A stretch of 64,000 bases of DNA from Lama guanicoe (Eukaryota). Numbering within the stretch: position 1 is the stretch's first letter; every line of letters starts with the position of its first letter. A program made the position numbers and the translations under genes. The stretch lies in NCBI GenBank assembly GCA_013239625.1, contig MU053513.1:3516303-3580302 (forward strand), given 5' to 3'. Of this stretch, positions 49,525 to 62,390 are shown one piece after another. Below the pieces are notes generated by a model, which saw only the letters and a program-made list of their open reading frames with translations, did no database searches and was not told the origin of the DNA.

Positions 49525-52224
49525 ATGACAACTTAAAAAAATTCTTAATGTAACCTGTTGAACAGCTGTGCTTTGAATTGCTTTGAGTTGTATTCGAGTG
49601 AATAAAAAGATGACTAAGTAGATCTTCAAAAATGGCCCATCCTGGGGGCTAGTCCTACTCAGGATCACTGCAGCCTACAGTTCAGAAATTCAGAGGAACA
49701 AATATAGTACTAACAATAAATCAAAAGAAACGTGCATTAATAAAAAGTCACCACACTCCTACAATTTATCTTTCCCCTTAGCTAACACAATCTTTTAACA
49801 CAGAAGATGTTACTCTTTTGACAGTCTTCCCTCAGAAGTAGAGGAGTCAGAGAAAAAAAAATTGCTCCTTGCGATGGTTCTGGTAAAATTTCAGAAACTT
49901 ATAAAAGTATTGCCCACCTATCAATGCCAGCTGTTGTTAAAAATCGTCTACTCTGTCATTGCTGAGACTCCCAAGAGGCTGTTCTGCACTTTGGACTCTA
50001 TTACATCACTGATAATAACTGAAGCCACTTTTGATGAAATTTTACAATTCCCAGCAAAGACAAGCCCTTTCAGTAAATATTATCAAAGGCTGATGCAGAC
50101 AAAATTCAGGATAAAATCTTGTTTGTCCTATAAATCCTCTAAGTCAGAGTGGAGACAAATTTTGAGGTATTGTTATGTCCTTGGTTCATTCATTGCGTGA
50201 AAGGGAGGGAATTGCATATACTTGTGTACCTCTTAATTTCTGGTGCTCTTCATCAGATTTGTTTAAATTAGCCACATTTAAAAATTTTTCATAAATAAAA
50301 TTTGAAGTAATAACAAGCCCCAAACCTGACTGTTTTATGAATTGATTATTTCAATTCTCGACTATTAGTCCTGTGTGTTTACGATACGTTTGGAACTTGC
50401 CAGGGTCTGAAAATACAGTATGAGTGAGAATATCCAGATGATTCAGTCTCTCTTGTAGATCCAGCTTTATTCCTTAATACAAATTGGAAAGAAGCGAAGA
50501 TCTTATTTCTTATGAGTCAATATCAAATTCAAATATCCACTCTAATAAAAAAAGCTTTTGGAGATTGCATGGATCTGAGTGAATTATTTAATTTGGATTG
50601 AGTAAAAACTTGTAGCCCAGCTGATTAAGGTTCTTTAGGGAGGAATAAAACTTTAAGTAATCAGTGATTTAAAAAAAGAACGTTATAACTGTGACATCTA
50701 TAGAAGTTGTGAACCCTGAAATAGCTCATGTGGAGTACGGAAGGCAGCCACATTTGCTGTGTCACTTACACTCACTGTGCAAGGTTTAATATTAGCTGTC
50801 ACTCTCTTTGGACTAACCAAACTGAGAGGTTTTTATAACTAGATGATTCTTTACGTTACAGATGGATACATTTACATTAAAAAAAATTTACTATTTTATC
50901 ATGATAATTAGATATTTTATAGTCAGAAAAAAAGAAATTTGTTAACACTCAGTGTCATGTTCAAATATAATTTTGTAAACTATAGTGTAACTCCATTAAT
51001 GGGTTTGAATTCCCTTAAGATTATATGCAAAATAGAAACCAATGTGAGAAATCCACTTTTTAATTCTTGTAGAACACAATTAATAGATAACCTAAAGATG
51101 CTGTAGTACATTTGATTTTAAGAGGCAACTCTTATTTGTGATTAGAATTTTACATTTAATCTTCTTGCATTTCAAAGGTGAAATTCCTTGAGGTTAAGCC
51201 CAAATCAGGTTGTGGTAGTTTTATAAGCGCGTGTGTGTGTGTATGTGGTGGTGGGGTGAGGGCAGGGTGGGTGAGAGGGGAAAGGAAAATACAAAGACGT
51301 GTGTTTTAAAGATGTCTTTGAAAGAATGCTGGGTCACATTGCTGATTGTTTTGTGATATTTTGTGAAGTCAGTGGTATAGAATCCAGTTATTCCAATGTT
51401 GGCTTTGAGGCTTTGGTCCTCGTAAATTAATGCAGGAAATCACCTGCGAGTTTACTCTGACGGGAACCACATTCACTAGACATAGAGCAGTGGAGGAGGT
51501 CTCTTTCTCTACACTCCATGTGGGGGTGTGAGGCCGCCTGGTCTGTAGGCGTATCTAAGATGCAGATGAGCCACCTCTAGCTGAAGCCCCTCTCACTGAC
51601 CCACAGACCCTCTTTGGGGTGAGATTGTAGGCGTTACAGTTAGATGCTGATATAAAGATAAGCAGAGATTGACGAATAGAATTTTGAGAGTGTATTTCCC
51701 CAGTCTTCTTGGTTAGTGAACATCTTTTGTGTTGTAGAAAGAAGTAAGGTCGTGACAGGATGCATCAACAGCCACCACTGTGATATCCTTTCGGTGTCTT
51801 AGAAACTGGAATCTGGGATCATGCGGGGGCCTTGGAATGGGCGACCTCAGAGAAGGAGGCTCGTTTCCTTTCCAAGGGCCAGAGTGATGCTGATATAAAA
51901 GACTAGTGCTTCGGAAGCAGATTTCTTGACAAGATTCTTAATTTCCATTTGAAAACTGTATGTGTGTATCATTTGCTTGACATAGATATTTTAGTTAATA
52001 TATTTAAATATTTCAGTTAATTGACATATATATTTTAGTCAACTAAAACTCTAGCATCTGGTACTAACCAGTGCTTCTTTGGGATGGGGGTAGCCTTGGG
52101 TGCACAGAATACATTTAAGCATTTTTGGACCAAATGTGCCAGTAGCAGGGAGGGTAGTACTAAAGCTATTAAACTGAGCTCTTGTAAAATAAAGTGACAG
52201 AAGGGTTACTGAGTCACTTCAGTG

Positions 52225-53900
52225 ATTCTTTCATTGAATGCCATCTACTGCGAGGCCGTGGCATAAGCGTAGTGGGGGACTCGTGATGTCCTTGAGGAGC
52301 GGCTTCAGTCTAGTGGAGGAGACTCTCACGTCCATCCCTGTGATGCAGGGCACAGAGCACTGTGTGCCCCAAGGAAGTAGAAGGTGCTAGGTACACAGAG
52401 AGGGAGAAAATTTAATTGATGAGGTGAGATTTTTATTTTGACCTTAAACATTGAGTAGGATTTCAATAGGCAGAGATTCAAAACGGACATCCCCAACCAC
52501 AGATATCAGGAATACTGGCTGGATTCTAGAAATAGTAGTGTAAAGAGTAAATAGTGTGTGTGGCTGGAGTGGCAGGTGGAGGGTGGGAGATGAGATGTAG
52601 GAGCAGGTTCAGAGCAGGCCACAGAGGGTTCTGAATGTCATACAGAGGAGTTTTCCCTTTTATTCTGTAGCCAAAGTTATTGAAGATTCGGGGGCAGTGA
52701 ATTTGCAGGAACAGATTTCTGTTTTAGGAAGTTAATTGCTGGCAGCGGGAATTCATTTTTACAAGTGTGTATTGAATAACTGTGCAGGGGAATCCAAAGA
52801 TGGCAAAGATTCCTACTCCAGAGAACCTAGTCTGTTGTTATGGAAGAAAAATGGATTGGAGAAGGGTGAGGTTCATAGCACAGAGATCAATTAATAGGCT
52901 TTTGTCTTGGTCTCACTGAGAGATGATAAAAATTTAAACTAGGACAGTAGCAAGGGGAATAGAGAGTATGGGGCAGAATCAAGAGACATTTCAGAGACAG
53001 TATCAGCAGGACTTGGAGCTGAGCGGAAGTTGCAGGTAAGAGAGAAGACAACCTGAAAAAGCACTCCAGAATTTCTACCTACATGATCAGGAGGGTGGCG
53101 CTGCTGTTCACTAAAGTGGGAACACAGGAGAAAGGCAGACTTAGTGATGGGAGTCGGGGGGAGACTGAGTTCTGTTTTGGTTCTACTGAGTTTGAGGTGC
53201 CAACATGGCAGCTTCAAGGAGAGGTTCAAAAGGAATTCAGAAAGGAAAGTCTGGAAGGTAGAAGGAAAGTGAGAACTAGAATTATCTTTAGATGATGCTG
53301 TAAGAAAAAGTTATTTGAAACTGTGTCAGTGGTTGAGATCTCCTGTTGGAAGAGTATAGAGGTAAAAAGAAAGAGGGTTAGAAAAACACGTGCCATCAGT
53401 GAATTTTGTGAGGATTGGTGACATAAAAGGAGACTTAGTATATTACAAGACAACTGGAGAGAAATAGTAATATTAATAAGGGTTGCTTAGCAATGCAGGA
53501 TGCTGGGTGGAGGTCAAGTAGAATGAAAGGTAAGGAGAACTCATGGATTTTTTAAATTAGAACGTTACCGGCCGCCTCTGGAGACCAGTTTTAGAGGAGT
53601 GGGCTCAGAAGTTTCATTAGTTGGCAGTGGGATGAGGAGTAAATGTGAGATGAAGCAATAGGGAAATAGATTTCTTTTCACCCATTTAATCCATAAATAT
53701 TTATTGACCATTTGCCTCTCATTTGTGAAGTGAGAGCTAGAGGAGAGATGGGATAATTATTTAGAGGGGAAATCAGGGTCAGAGAGAGATTTATTTTTGG
53801 ATGGGAAAGCCTCTATGAGAGGAAAAAGAGGCAGTGCAGAGGGAGAGACTGAGGCTAAAAAAAGAGATGAAGAGCCAAGATCGCAATAGGTAGGAGGGAG
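52225..53900 (-). mobile_element. L2 fragments, several nested
   Basis: 'ttctttcattgaatg' tail, 'tgagtaggatttcaataggcagaga', 'tgagttctgttttggttctactgagtttgaggtgcc', 'ggaggtcaagtagaatgaaagg'. Confidence 0.75.
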
Positions 53901-55447
53901 GGAGCTCAGAAGCACGGGTGGAGAGGTTTCTTTTGACCTAACGGCATTCATGTGGTTGAGGAAAAGGGTGAGGCTGAACCAAAGTGCCCCGTGCACAGCC
54001 CTCGGTGTTTCTCCGCGCTAACGATTACTTTCTTTGTCGCATGCTACTGTTTGTGACAATGTTTGCAAAATGGCATAATAATAGTATGTTTAGAGGGGAT
54101 GGGTCTTCACTCTTTCAGGTGCACAGAGCTCTCTGAATGCCATGAGGAATATTAATGGGGATGTGGCATTGTTAGGAGTCACTTAAGACAGCATTGCAAA
54201 ACGGAGCTGGGATAATTCAGTAGTGCAGTCGCACAGGATCGGTGTCTCCGAAGTAGTAATTTCACCTGCCCTGTAGATCCTAATGGCTGTTCTATGGAAA
54301 TGGCTCTTCTTGGAGTCAAATGGTGATCATGTGAAATAATACCAGTGTCAGCTTCTGAATGTGTAATACGTTGTCCATAACACTCAAACATTTTGAGAGC
54401 TTAAGAAACTATGTCTTTATTCACAAACACGAGAGAGTGGAGCACGTACATAATAGTTCTGCAGAGGAGGAATCTAAGCAAAGAGACCTTCTGTCTGTTT
54501 ACATTTGGTTTGGGGGGCTGAATATTCCCCCCTGTTTGAGCTGCAGAAAATGTCTGGAGGGGGTTAGTTGAGATAGCCTCATTGTGGGATAACAGAGGCT
54601 GGGTTTATTATAAAGAATATTCTCTCTTCCATTCAATTTGTATCGAAACTGCTTTTCTGCTAAGGTGTTGTTTAGTAAAGAATCATTGTGGGAAGGTTCA
54701 GCAGGCAGCATGGGGAGATGGATTCCTGAAAGGGTTTAGAGCAATTGAGGAGAGATCAGAATTGACAAGAAAACTTAACCTTGATATAACGCATTATAAA
54801 AATTGCTCGCTAAAATGAATGGGGAGAGGTTGAGAGGGAATTCTGCTCTTGTTATTGACGAGAACTGGCTCGACATGCACACACCTAAATGGCAGCTGTC
54901 AACACATAGGCAAGGGTAAGACGAAGGCCGAAACGCTCTAAAAACTCTGCATTGTGAAATAATCCCCCCAAAGGAATGGAATTTGAAACAGAGACATTGC
55001 TTTTTGACTAATAGGAAATAAACAAGCTATACGTTTGGCCGTTTGCTTGAATTATATGTTTTTATCTAAAGGACTGACCAGTTCCTTCCCTTCCCTTCAG
55101 ATGGTCGTTTTTATCTTTTAGTTTTTGCTACATCGCCAAAAATCCTGTCTACTTGTCATTGGACATGAATTAATAATGCTTTACCTGCAACACAAAGAAC
55201 TATTAAAGAGATGAAAAGACAATGGGTGTATCCCAGCTTTCCAATAAAAAGAAAAATCCTCTCCTTTTCTTCCCCACTAGGCTATTAAATGCTGAAAAAT
55301 CCACAGGTTTTCTGTGAAGAGGGTCACATTAAGGATCTATTAAATAAATAAATTAATTAAATCTTGACATTCTGAAATAATTCTGAAAAACTCGAATTAA
55401 TTTTTAAACAATATTGAAATAATGACCTGGTACCTCACATTAAAAAA

Positions 55448-55452
55448 ATATA

Positions 55453-55486
<34 letters not shown>

Positions 55487-55506
55487 CAAAATATATATAT
55501 ATATAT
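55448..55506. repeat. Compound (TA)n microsatellite
   Basis: Read directly from the sequence. Confidence 0.93.
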
Positions 55507-56132
55507 TTTGTAACCCAATCAATCCCACAACACATGATGCCACAGTCGGCTGCTGATTTTCTAATGGATAGAAACACAGTTCATTGGTCTGGGTAGTAAT
55601 CAAGATAGCTTGAGGGGGAGGATAAAATCACTGAGGTTTTATAGACGTGACCAGAATTTTTAACGGCTTCATTGGCTCTCTAAGTACTTGCTTTGTTTCT
55701 TCCTTGATAGTATGTTAAGGCACAGAAAGTAATGTAGTCAACTGCAATCCTTTTATTTAAGTCAGGGTTTACCAAAGGTTGTTGGATTAACTCTTTTTCA
55801 CTGGAGAGGTTTCCTACTTCAGTAAAATAGGTCTGGAATTTTTCTGTGAAATTCTCTGGTTATATCCCAACCCCCCTGATTTAATTGCATGGTGTAGACA
55901 AAACCACTTCTTAGCCTCTGGGAGAGTCATCTGACCTCTTTGGTGGTGGTGCTGCTGCTGGCATGAGTTCTGGATGTTTGAAGGGAACACTGTGCTTTGA
56001 CAAGAATCACTGGGATGGAGGTGGGGAATGGCAGGGAGGGAGCTGAATCTGGTGGGAGCCCAGAGGCCTGAGCTCAAGACCAAAGGTCTTCCAAAAATGT
56101 GGAGCTGCCCTTGAGGCAATCCTGCTTCATCA

Positions 56133-56302
56133 GCAGCAGAGTTTCCCACCACCTGTGTGAGATTTCCTGCTGTGCTTGGTAAAAAGACAGCCCCAAGGGC
56201 TCTGTTCCAGCCTACTGAATCAGATTCCCTGGGGATGGTATCCACAAATTTGCATTTTTAACAAGCTTCGGGACTTCATACTTTCAAGCCTGAGAACCTG
56301 GC
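56133..56302 (+). mobile_element. MER5A-like hAT element
   Basis: 'cctactgaatcagattccctgggg...aatttgcatttttaacaagct...tgagaacc'. Confidence 0.75.
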
Positions 56303-56304
56303 CT

Positions 56305-56620
56305 ATAAGATGAAGTTTAAGTTGCTTGGCACACACAGCAGATGGCCCTCCTTGAAGTGCTGTCTCACAACTCCCAGGCACTAACAGTCATCGGTGGGGA
56401 AAGGTGTGTATTTCTGTCCACATTATCTGTTTCAGGATCCCCTGTCTTTGTACATGACTTTGCCCAGAATTGCTCACCTGGCAATTTCTACAGATTCCTG
56501 TCAGAGACTCTGCAGTTAACTCCATGGGGGCCGTGACCTTGTCTGCTTTCATAGTTGTATCCTTAGTGCCCAGCACAGAGCCAGCACATAGTAGGTGCTC
56601 GTCAAATACTTTGAATGCAT
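56305..56620 (+). mobile_element. L2 3' end
   Basis: 'ttgtatccttagtgcccagcacagagccagcacatagtaggtgctcgtcaaatactttgaatg'. Confidence 0.8.
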
Positions 56621-57061
56621 CAGTGCTTAGATATCATATCCCTCCTTTGCCCAAGAAAGATGTAATCATCTTCTGCTCTGTCTTTTGGACCTAGTTTTAA
56701 TATAAGCCACTTCATGACAGTTAGGATCTGGGTCTGCTGACCCTGGAGTCTGTTCCTTGGTTTCTTAGAATATATTTCTCTAATGAGAGCTCCTCCTGAT
56801 AACAACAACAATTCTGGATATTCTTTTAGAAGAGGTTATTTTTGATATGTTAGAAATGGTTACTGCTGAAGTTGACAGTCAATCCAGCTGTCACCTGGCC
56901 CTAGTGCCACTTAGAATCCCTAAGGATGGGTTCCAGGCATGCGTCCTCTTTAAAGCGAGGATTCTGATACTCAGCGAGAGTTGAACCACTGCTTATGCTG
57001 CATGCACATGTCTTTAGTGAGCATCTACTAAGTATGTGTTCTGTGAACTATTTGTTAACGT

Positions 57062-57215
57062 GGAAAGGCTGGGAAGCTGGGTTCTACCTCTGGCACTAAC
57101 TAGCTTTGTGCTTGAGGCCAGTTCCTCATTGCGCCTGGGCCTTGGTTATGCTATCTTTAAAATGGAGTATCGGGTAGCTAATAGATTCTTGACATCTGCT
57201 CTTCCACACTCTAAG
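57062..57215 (+). mobile_element. MIR-family fragment
   Basis: 'ctgggttctacctctggcactaactagctttgtg...atctttaaaatggag'. Confidence 0.65.
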
Positions 57216-58319
57216 TCAAAGTCAAATCAGACGCTGGAAAGGCAGAGGTGCACAGGTGGTATCTGTACCTCGTGGCAGCTGTCATTTATTTTTTTTCCGA
57301 AGTAAATCATTCTAAATTGAGGCTTCCACTGGGAATGCCTGTCAGGTTTAGTTTATTATGCTAGATAGTACCCTCTTGGATGAAGCTAATTTAGCTTCAA
57401 ATGTCACATGGATTAGCAACTTCCATGGTGAGAACATCTGATCAGACCACACTTTGCGCTCTAAAGCTTAATTTGGGTTAGCAGACATTTCTTGAGTTCC
57501 AACTGGTATATCATGCACTGTGCTAAATTCTGAGATAGGAAGATTAATATGATGTAGTCCTTGTCCTTGACTTGCTAACAAGGATAATGCACAAATAGGG
57601 AGGTGTAAGCAGGGTGACTGCCTGTAATGGAAAACTGATGACTTCTAATTTTCTTGTTTATACCTGAGATCACTGCATTTCTAGTGACCAGTGGCTCTGT
57701 ATTTCTTTCCTCCAGCTACAGCCAGATCTTATCATAATCCAGAGATAAGAGTCTAAAGGATAGAGACTACACAGGTCAGCCTCTTTTTTTCCCCCAAGGA
57801 AGATTAGACATTGAGAAAGGGGCTATGACTAGAAGAGGTTAAAAAAATTTTTTTTTTCAAAACACATGCATTTCATTGCATCTTATGGTTTGAGATCATA
57901 GAGATGTAGGTACTGGGACATCTGAGGGGGTGTTGAGGAAACAAGATTGGAAGTAGCTTTCTGAAGTATGTATTGATACAGTTAATGCAGAGAGGAAAAC
58001 AATACAAGTTTCCTAGACTCATCGAAAATGTGCTAAGGGACTTCTCTGTGTTCGTCCCAGCTCAAATCCAATCTTCGATTTTCAGAGAAGCATATGAAGT
58101 TAACTCAACGGAAGATTTAAAAATCCAGCAACTGCTTAGGCGAGCAACTGCTGTATTAACTTGGCATTCCAACAGAATTATAAACAGCATGGAGACTTGC
58201 CTTCCTAGACTTGGAGGATCTTCCAAGACTAATTTTCACACACTTTCAGAAACAGTGCCGCCAGTGCTTTTGGGGTATTCTGGCAAAAGGACCCCATTAG
58301 AGTTGAAAATGAGATGAGA

Positions 58320-58512
58320 ATAATGATAGCAGCTGACGCTTCCCGTGTGCGTGCCGAATGCTAGGCCCTGGGCTAAGCACTTGGCGTTCATTGCTTTGTT
58401 TAATTCTAACAGTAACTCCTCTTGTAATTTTACAGAGAAGAAATCTGAGGCACCAAGATGTTAAGTGAATTACCCAGATTCAGATAGCTGGTAAGTGGTG
58501 GATCTAGGAATC
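58320..58512 (-). mobile_element. MIR SINE
   Basis: 'ttttacagagaagaaatctgaggcaccaagatgttaagtgaattaccca...agctggtaagtgg'. Confidence 0.8.
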
Positions 58513-58886
58513 AAGCACTTAAGTTAGTCAGGACCCTCCTGATGGTAAGTAAAAGAAATGAACATAAGGCCCACTTAAATAGAAGGAAGGACGCAGGGCT
58601 CTCTGAGGCAACCCACTGACAGAAATGCGACTGGACCTCTGGCAGGGATTTGCTCTCCACCCGATTTCTTCTCCTTTCTGTGTGTTTGCTTTGTTGCCTC
58701 TTTCTCTTCAACCGTTCTTGGTCCCTTGCCTACAAACTGACAAAGGAACAGCAGGTATAGTGGTTAAAATCCTGATATGGGAGTCAGATATGAGCCTTGC
58801 AGTAACTTAAGTGGTCAGGTCACTGAGGCTGTACTTGGAGTAGTTCTTGTAATTGGCTGGGTCTGTCTCAGTATAAAGTGAGCATG

Positions 58887-59084
58887 ACAGGCATACCTGC
58901 AGAACAGGTAAACAAGATCATACTGTACAGCACAGGGAAATATACAAGGTCTTGTGGTAGCTCACAGCGAAAACAGATGTGACAAGGAATATATGTATGT
59001 TCATGTATAACTGAAAAATTTGCTCTACACTGGAATTTGACACAATGTAAAATGACTATAACTCAATTAAAAAATGTAAAAAAA
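58887..59084 (+). mobile_element. Short young L1 3' end with 12-bp TSD, inserted in a MIR
   Basis: TSD 'aaagtgagcatg' at 58875-58886 and 59085-59096. Body 'actgtacagcacagggaaatatac...ctggaatttgacacaatgtaaaatgactataactcaa' plus an A tail. Confidence 0.9.
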
Positions 59085-59546
59085 AAAGTGAGCATGGACC
59101 AGATAATTATTTCTAGAATTGAACAGCCTCCATGATTTCCCCCTGTACACAAAATTCTTTTCTGATTTATGTATCAGGAAGACCTTCCAAGTTTATCTTC
59201 CAACACAACTCTTATGCTGCCCTATTCTTCCTGGAAATGGATTGGATAAATACATTCACTTGAATGTATAAAGATTTGATGGTTTATTTATTACTTATCC
59301 CAGGGTTTTATGCCTTATTTAAATGGACAACTTGAGAGCGATTTCCAAAATACCTTCAGAATGAAGTGTCAGACCCCAGAGGAAAGGCTGAGACGAGGCA
59401 GATATCTGGGGACATCACTGACCTTGGCAGCATTCTTCAAATTATTCTTTACCGGTGTTACCCAACACTAGGTATTCCTGAGGGTGTCATTAACTGGAAT
59501 AGAGAGAAATATTTAATTGAAATATCCAGATGATTGCCTTGCTTTC

Positions 59547-59906
59547 TGCATTACTCAGGACAGTCAACATTATGCATTGGAACAATACTCCCCCAGATGC
59601 CAGAAGCTTGAAACAACAGAAGCTTATCTTTTGCTTATGTGATGTATTCCATCTCAGGACAGCAGAGAGGCTCTGCTCATTTCAATTGCTCTAGTCCTCC
59701 AGGTTCCACCCTGTCAAACATTCCTAGCTGCCGTGTCAGAGGGAAAGATGCTCTGGAGAATCTCATGCTCCTTTATAAATACTCCAATTCAGTTGTTCAT
59801 TGGCCAGACAGAAACACGGCCCCACCCAACAAGGGAGATCTGGGGTACCATGAGCTAGAAGGAGTGAGAATTTTATTTGATTAATAGCACGAATGACTGT
59901 CCCACA
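59547..59906 (-). mobile_element. MLT1-type solo LTR
   Basis: 'tgcattactcaggacag...gcttgaaacaacagaagcttatc...cattggccaga...ccccacccaac...aatgactgtcccaca'. Confidence 0.7.
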
Positions 59907-59944
59907 TTCTAGTAGTTTTCCTCTATAGGGCATTTCCAGGATCT

Positions 59945-60178
59945 AATAAAAGCAGACATTTCGTTGGTATTTACTAAGGGTCAGGTACTATTTTAATCAC
60001 TTTATGTGTATCATATCTCATTTAACCCTTACAACAACTCATGTGTTATTCCCATTTTAAAGGTGGGAAAACTGAGGCATAAGGGATTTAATAGTAATTT
60101 ATCCAAGATCCCACCACAACCTGAGAATTGACTCCAGGCAGTAGAGTCCATGCTTTTAACCACAAAACCATGCCCTAT
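59945..60178 (-). mobile_element. MIR SINE
   Basis: 'tctcatttaacccttacaacaactc...cccattttaaaggtgggaaaactgaggca...gcttttaaccac'. Confidence 0.85.
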
Positions 60179-60629
60179 ATCTGGATTATTTATAAATATT
60201 GGTGGTTTTCTTGAGACATGATTAATTACTGATGTATTTGATAGGGAAATTATGAGTTTATAGGCATATCAGAGGTGTAAAATCTAACTGTTGCTAGTAT
60301 TTTGTAAGTCTACAGCAATAGAAGTGGCCCAATCTTGAAAGAATTTATTAGTGAAGGTGTTTTTCTATTTCAGTATGTTTTGGAATTTCAGTGCATGACT
60401 GGGATCTTGATGGCAAGCTCTAATTCAGACTGATTTGTTTAGGAGAAGTAAATAATAACTTATTTATAGAGATTAACATTCAATCTGACTTTAAAACACG
60501 TTTGCCTAAAAATTAATGAAGATAGCATGTAGGGCCGTTAACTTTTAATGGTGTGAAATAATGAGGATGCAAACGCCGCTGAGAGCTTCTTGCTGTGGTG
60601 TAGAAGGGTCCCCAACAACGTTGCAAGCC

Positions 60630-61188
60630 TGGTGCATCAGTCCAGGGCAAGAGGGGATGAGAAGCGGGACCCGACACTGGTTGACTTAAGCAGGAAGTGG
60701 ATTTATCGACTGGCATCTGCATAGCTGACAGAGCTGCTGGGAATGCTGGAGAACCCGCCCCAGAAAAAGAGGCAGAACAAAGTGGAGCTGGGCTCCAGGA
60801 AGCTCAGCCGGTATTGTGAGCACCAGTCCTGCAGGGCGTCATGGCCACTGGGCTGAGCCTCGGATGTTGCAGCTTGACCTGCTGGCACAGATGGCACTGC
60901 TACACCTGCAGACAGTGCATCTCTGTTGCCGCCAGGGCCACCAGAATGGCTCTCCTCTCTCTGCTTCTTTTTGCCACCAGCTCCTCATTCAAAGTCCTGA
61001 GTGGGCTCGGCTGTTGGGCCAGACCTTGGTCAGGTGCCATGTTCTAGTTGCCAGAGAGGCTAGGAGAGTGTCTCCTTTTTAGTTTTATAGTGGGTGGTGG
61101 ACTCTTTCTTCATATGTGAGGCATCCTCCAAACGTAGGAAGGGAGCTCAGATGTTGAGCAGCTGGTAGGGAAAAAAATGTCCACTATA
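60630..61188 (-). mobile_element. LTR33-like ERVL LTR
   Basis: 'ctagttgccagagaggctaggagagtg...tatagtgggtgg...ccaaacgtaggaagggagctcagatgttgagcagc...aaatgtccactata'. Left boundary uncertain. Confidence 0.7.
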
Positions 61189-61309
61189 CCTGGCTGGGTG
61201 TGACTTTCTGTAGTAGTGTTTGTATGATTAATCAGGAAAATATATCCTTGTTCCCTGGTCTGTTTTGTTGTTTTCTTTCATAGAGCTTTGTATCCAAAAG
61301 ACTTTTACT

Positions 61310-61975
61310 TTGTTCATTTATTTACCTAATTAAAAATAATTGCCTGTAACATATGAAATATTATTCTAAGCACTGGAAGCATTACAAAACAAAAAGACAT
61401 AGACCTACCTTTCCATTGCTCAGATTGAATTGGGGAGGGGTAAGGCAGAGGGGTAAGGTAAATTCAGAAGATGGAGAGAGAGTTCCTAGAAGCAGACAAG
61501 GAAAGACTTTGAAGGAAAAGGGCGTTGGAGCTGAAAATGAGACATGCAGAGATGGGAGGGCAAACAATTCACATGGAGGAAAACAAGAAGAGAGAGAGTG
61601 GGGCTATATGTAGGGAACAGTAAGTTATTTGACTGACAGTCATAGAGGTAAGGCAGGGAAGGTAACTCAGGCTTAGGTCATGGATGCTTTTGAATTGTTG
61701 GCCGGGAAATTTGGGTTTTAGTTCACAGGTACTAGGGAGCTATTAAGTGTTTTTGAGCAGAGTGCCAGAAATCCAACTGTGATTTGGGAAAATCAATCTA
61801 TTAATAATACATAGAATTGCTGCGACTGAAAAGGGAATCAGAGTCAGATAAATTTTTTAAGAAATCAAATAATCCAGGACAAAGATATGAAGGCCCTAAA
61901 AGGAAGTGGGTAGCATTGAGAACAAAGAGAAGGGAATGGATGAGAGAAATGTTGCATATGTTGTAGTTAGGGAGG
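61310..61975 (-). mobile_element. L2 fragment
   Basis: 'ttcatttatttacc' tail and 'agggagctattaagtgtttttgagcagag'. Confidence 0.7.
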
Positions 61976-62207
61976 TGATTTTTTTGTGTGTGGTCTGTAA
62001 TGAGAAAGCGATTCCTATTAAGGACCAATCACAACCAGTCAGAGAGAGAGAGAGAGGCTGGGCAGGGGGACTGGCCCAGCCCTTTCCTGAGCATCGCTTT
62101 AGGATGCAACCACTACCTTTCTGGACCTTGCATTCCTGGCCTCGCTCTAAAAATGACCTTTTGCATTAGTTCTTCTGAAGTAAGATTAGGATCCTTTTTT
62201 TTTTTTT

Positions 62208-62390
62208 AATAGTAACACATGCTACCATTTTGGCTGTCTAGCCTATGCCAAACATCTTTCACGCTTCGTTTCCAGTCTTCATCACAACCTTGAGAGGCAA
62301 GTACTAGTATCACTTTAAGTGTGAAGGAACTGGGGCTAGAGAAGTAACGGGCAAAAATAACATTCAGACTCCAGTCTTCTCACCAATAGC
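62208..62390 (-). mobile_element. MIR SINE
   Basis: 'tcttcatcacaaccttgagaggcaagtactagtatc...gaaggaactggggctagagaagtaa'. Confidence 0.65.

Noticed and set aside
49862..50200. ORF with faint likeness to a hAT dimerisation motif ('KRLFCTL')
   Set aside because: The resemblance covers only a few residues, with no TIRs or other transposase motifs.
55814..56245. 143-aa minus-strand ORF
   Set aside because: Starts inside a MER5A-like element and has no recognisable domain.
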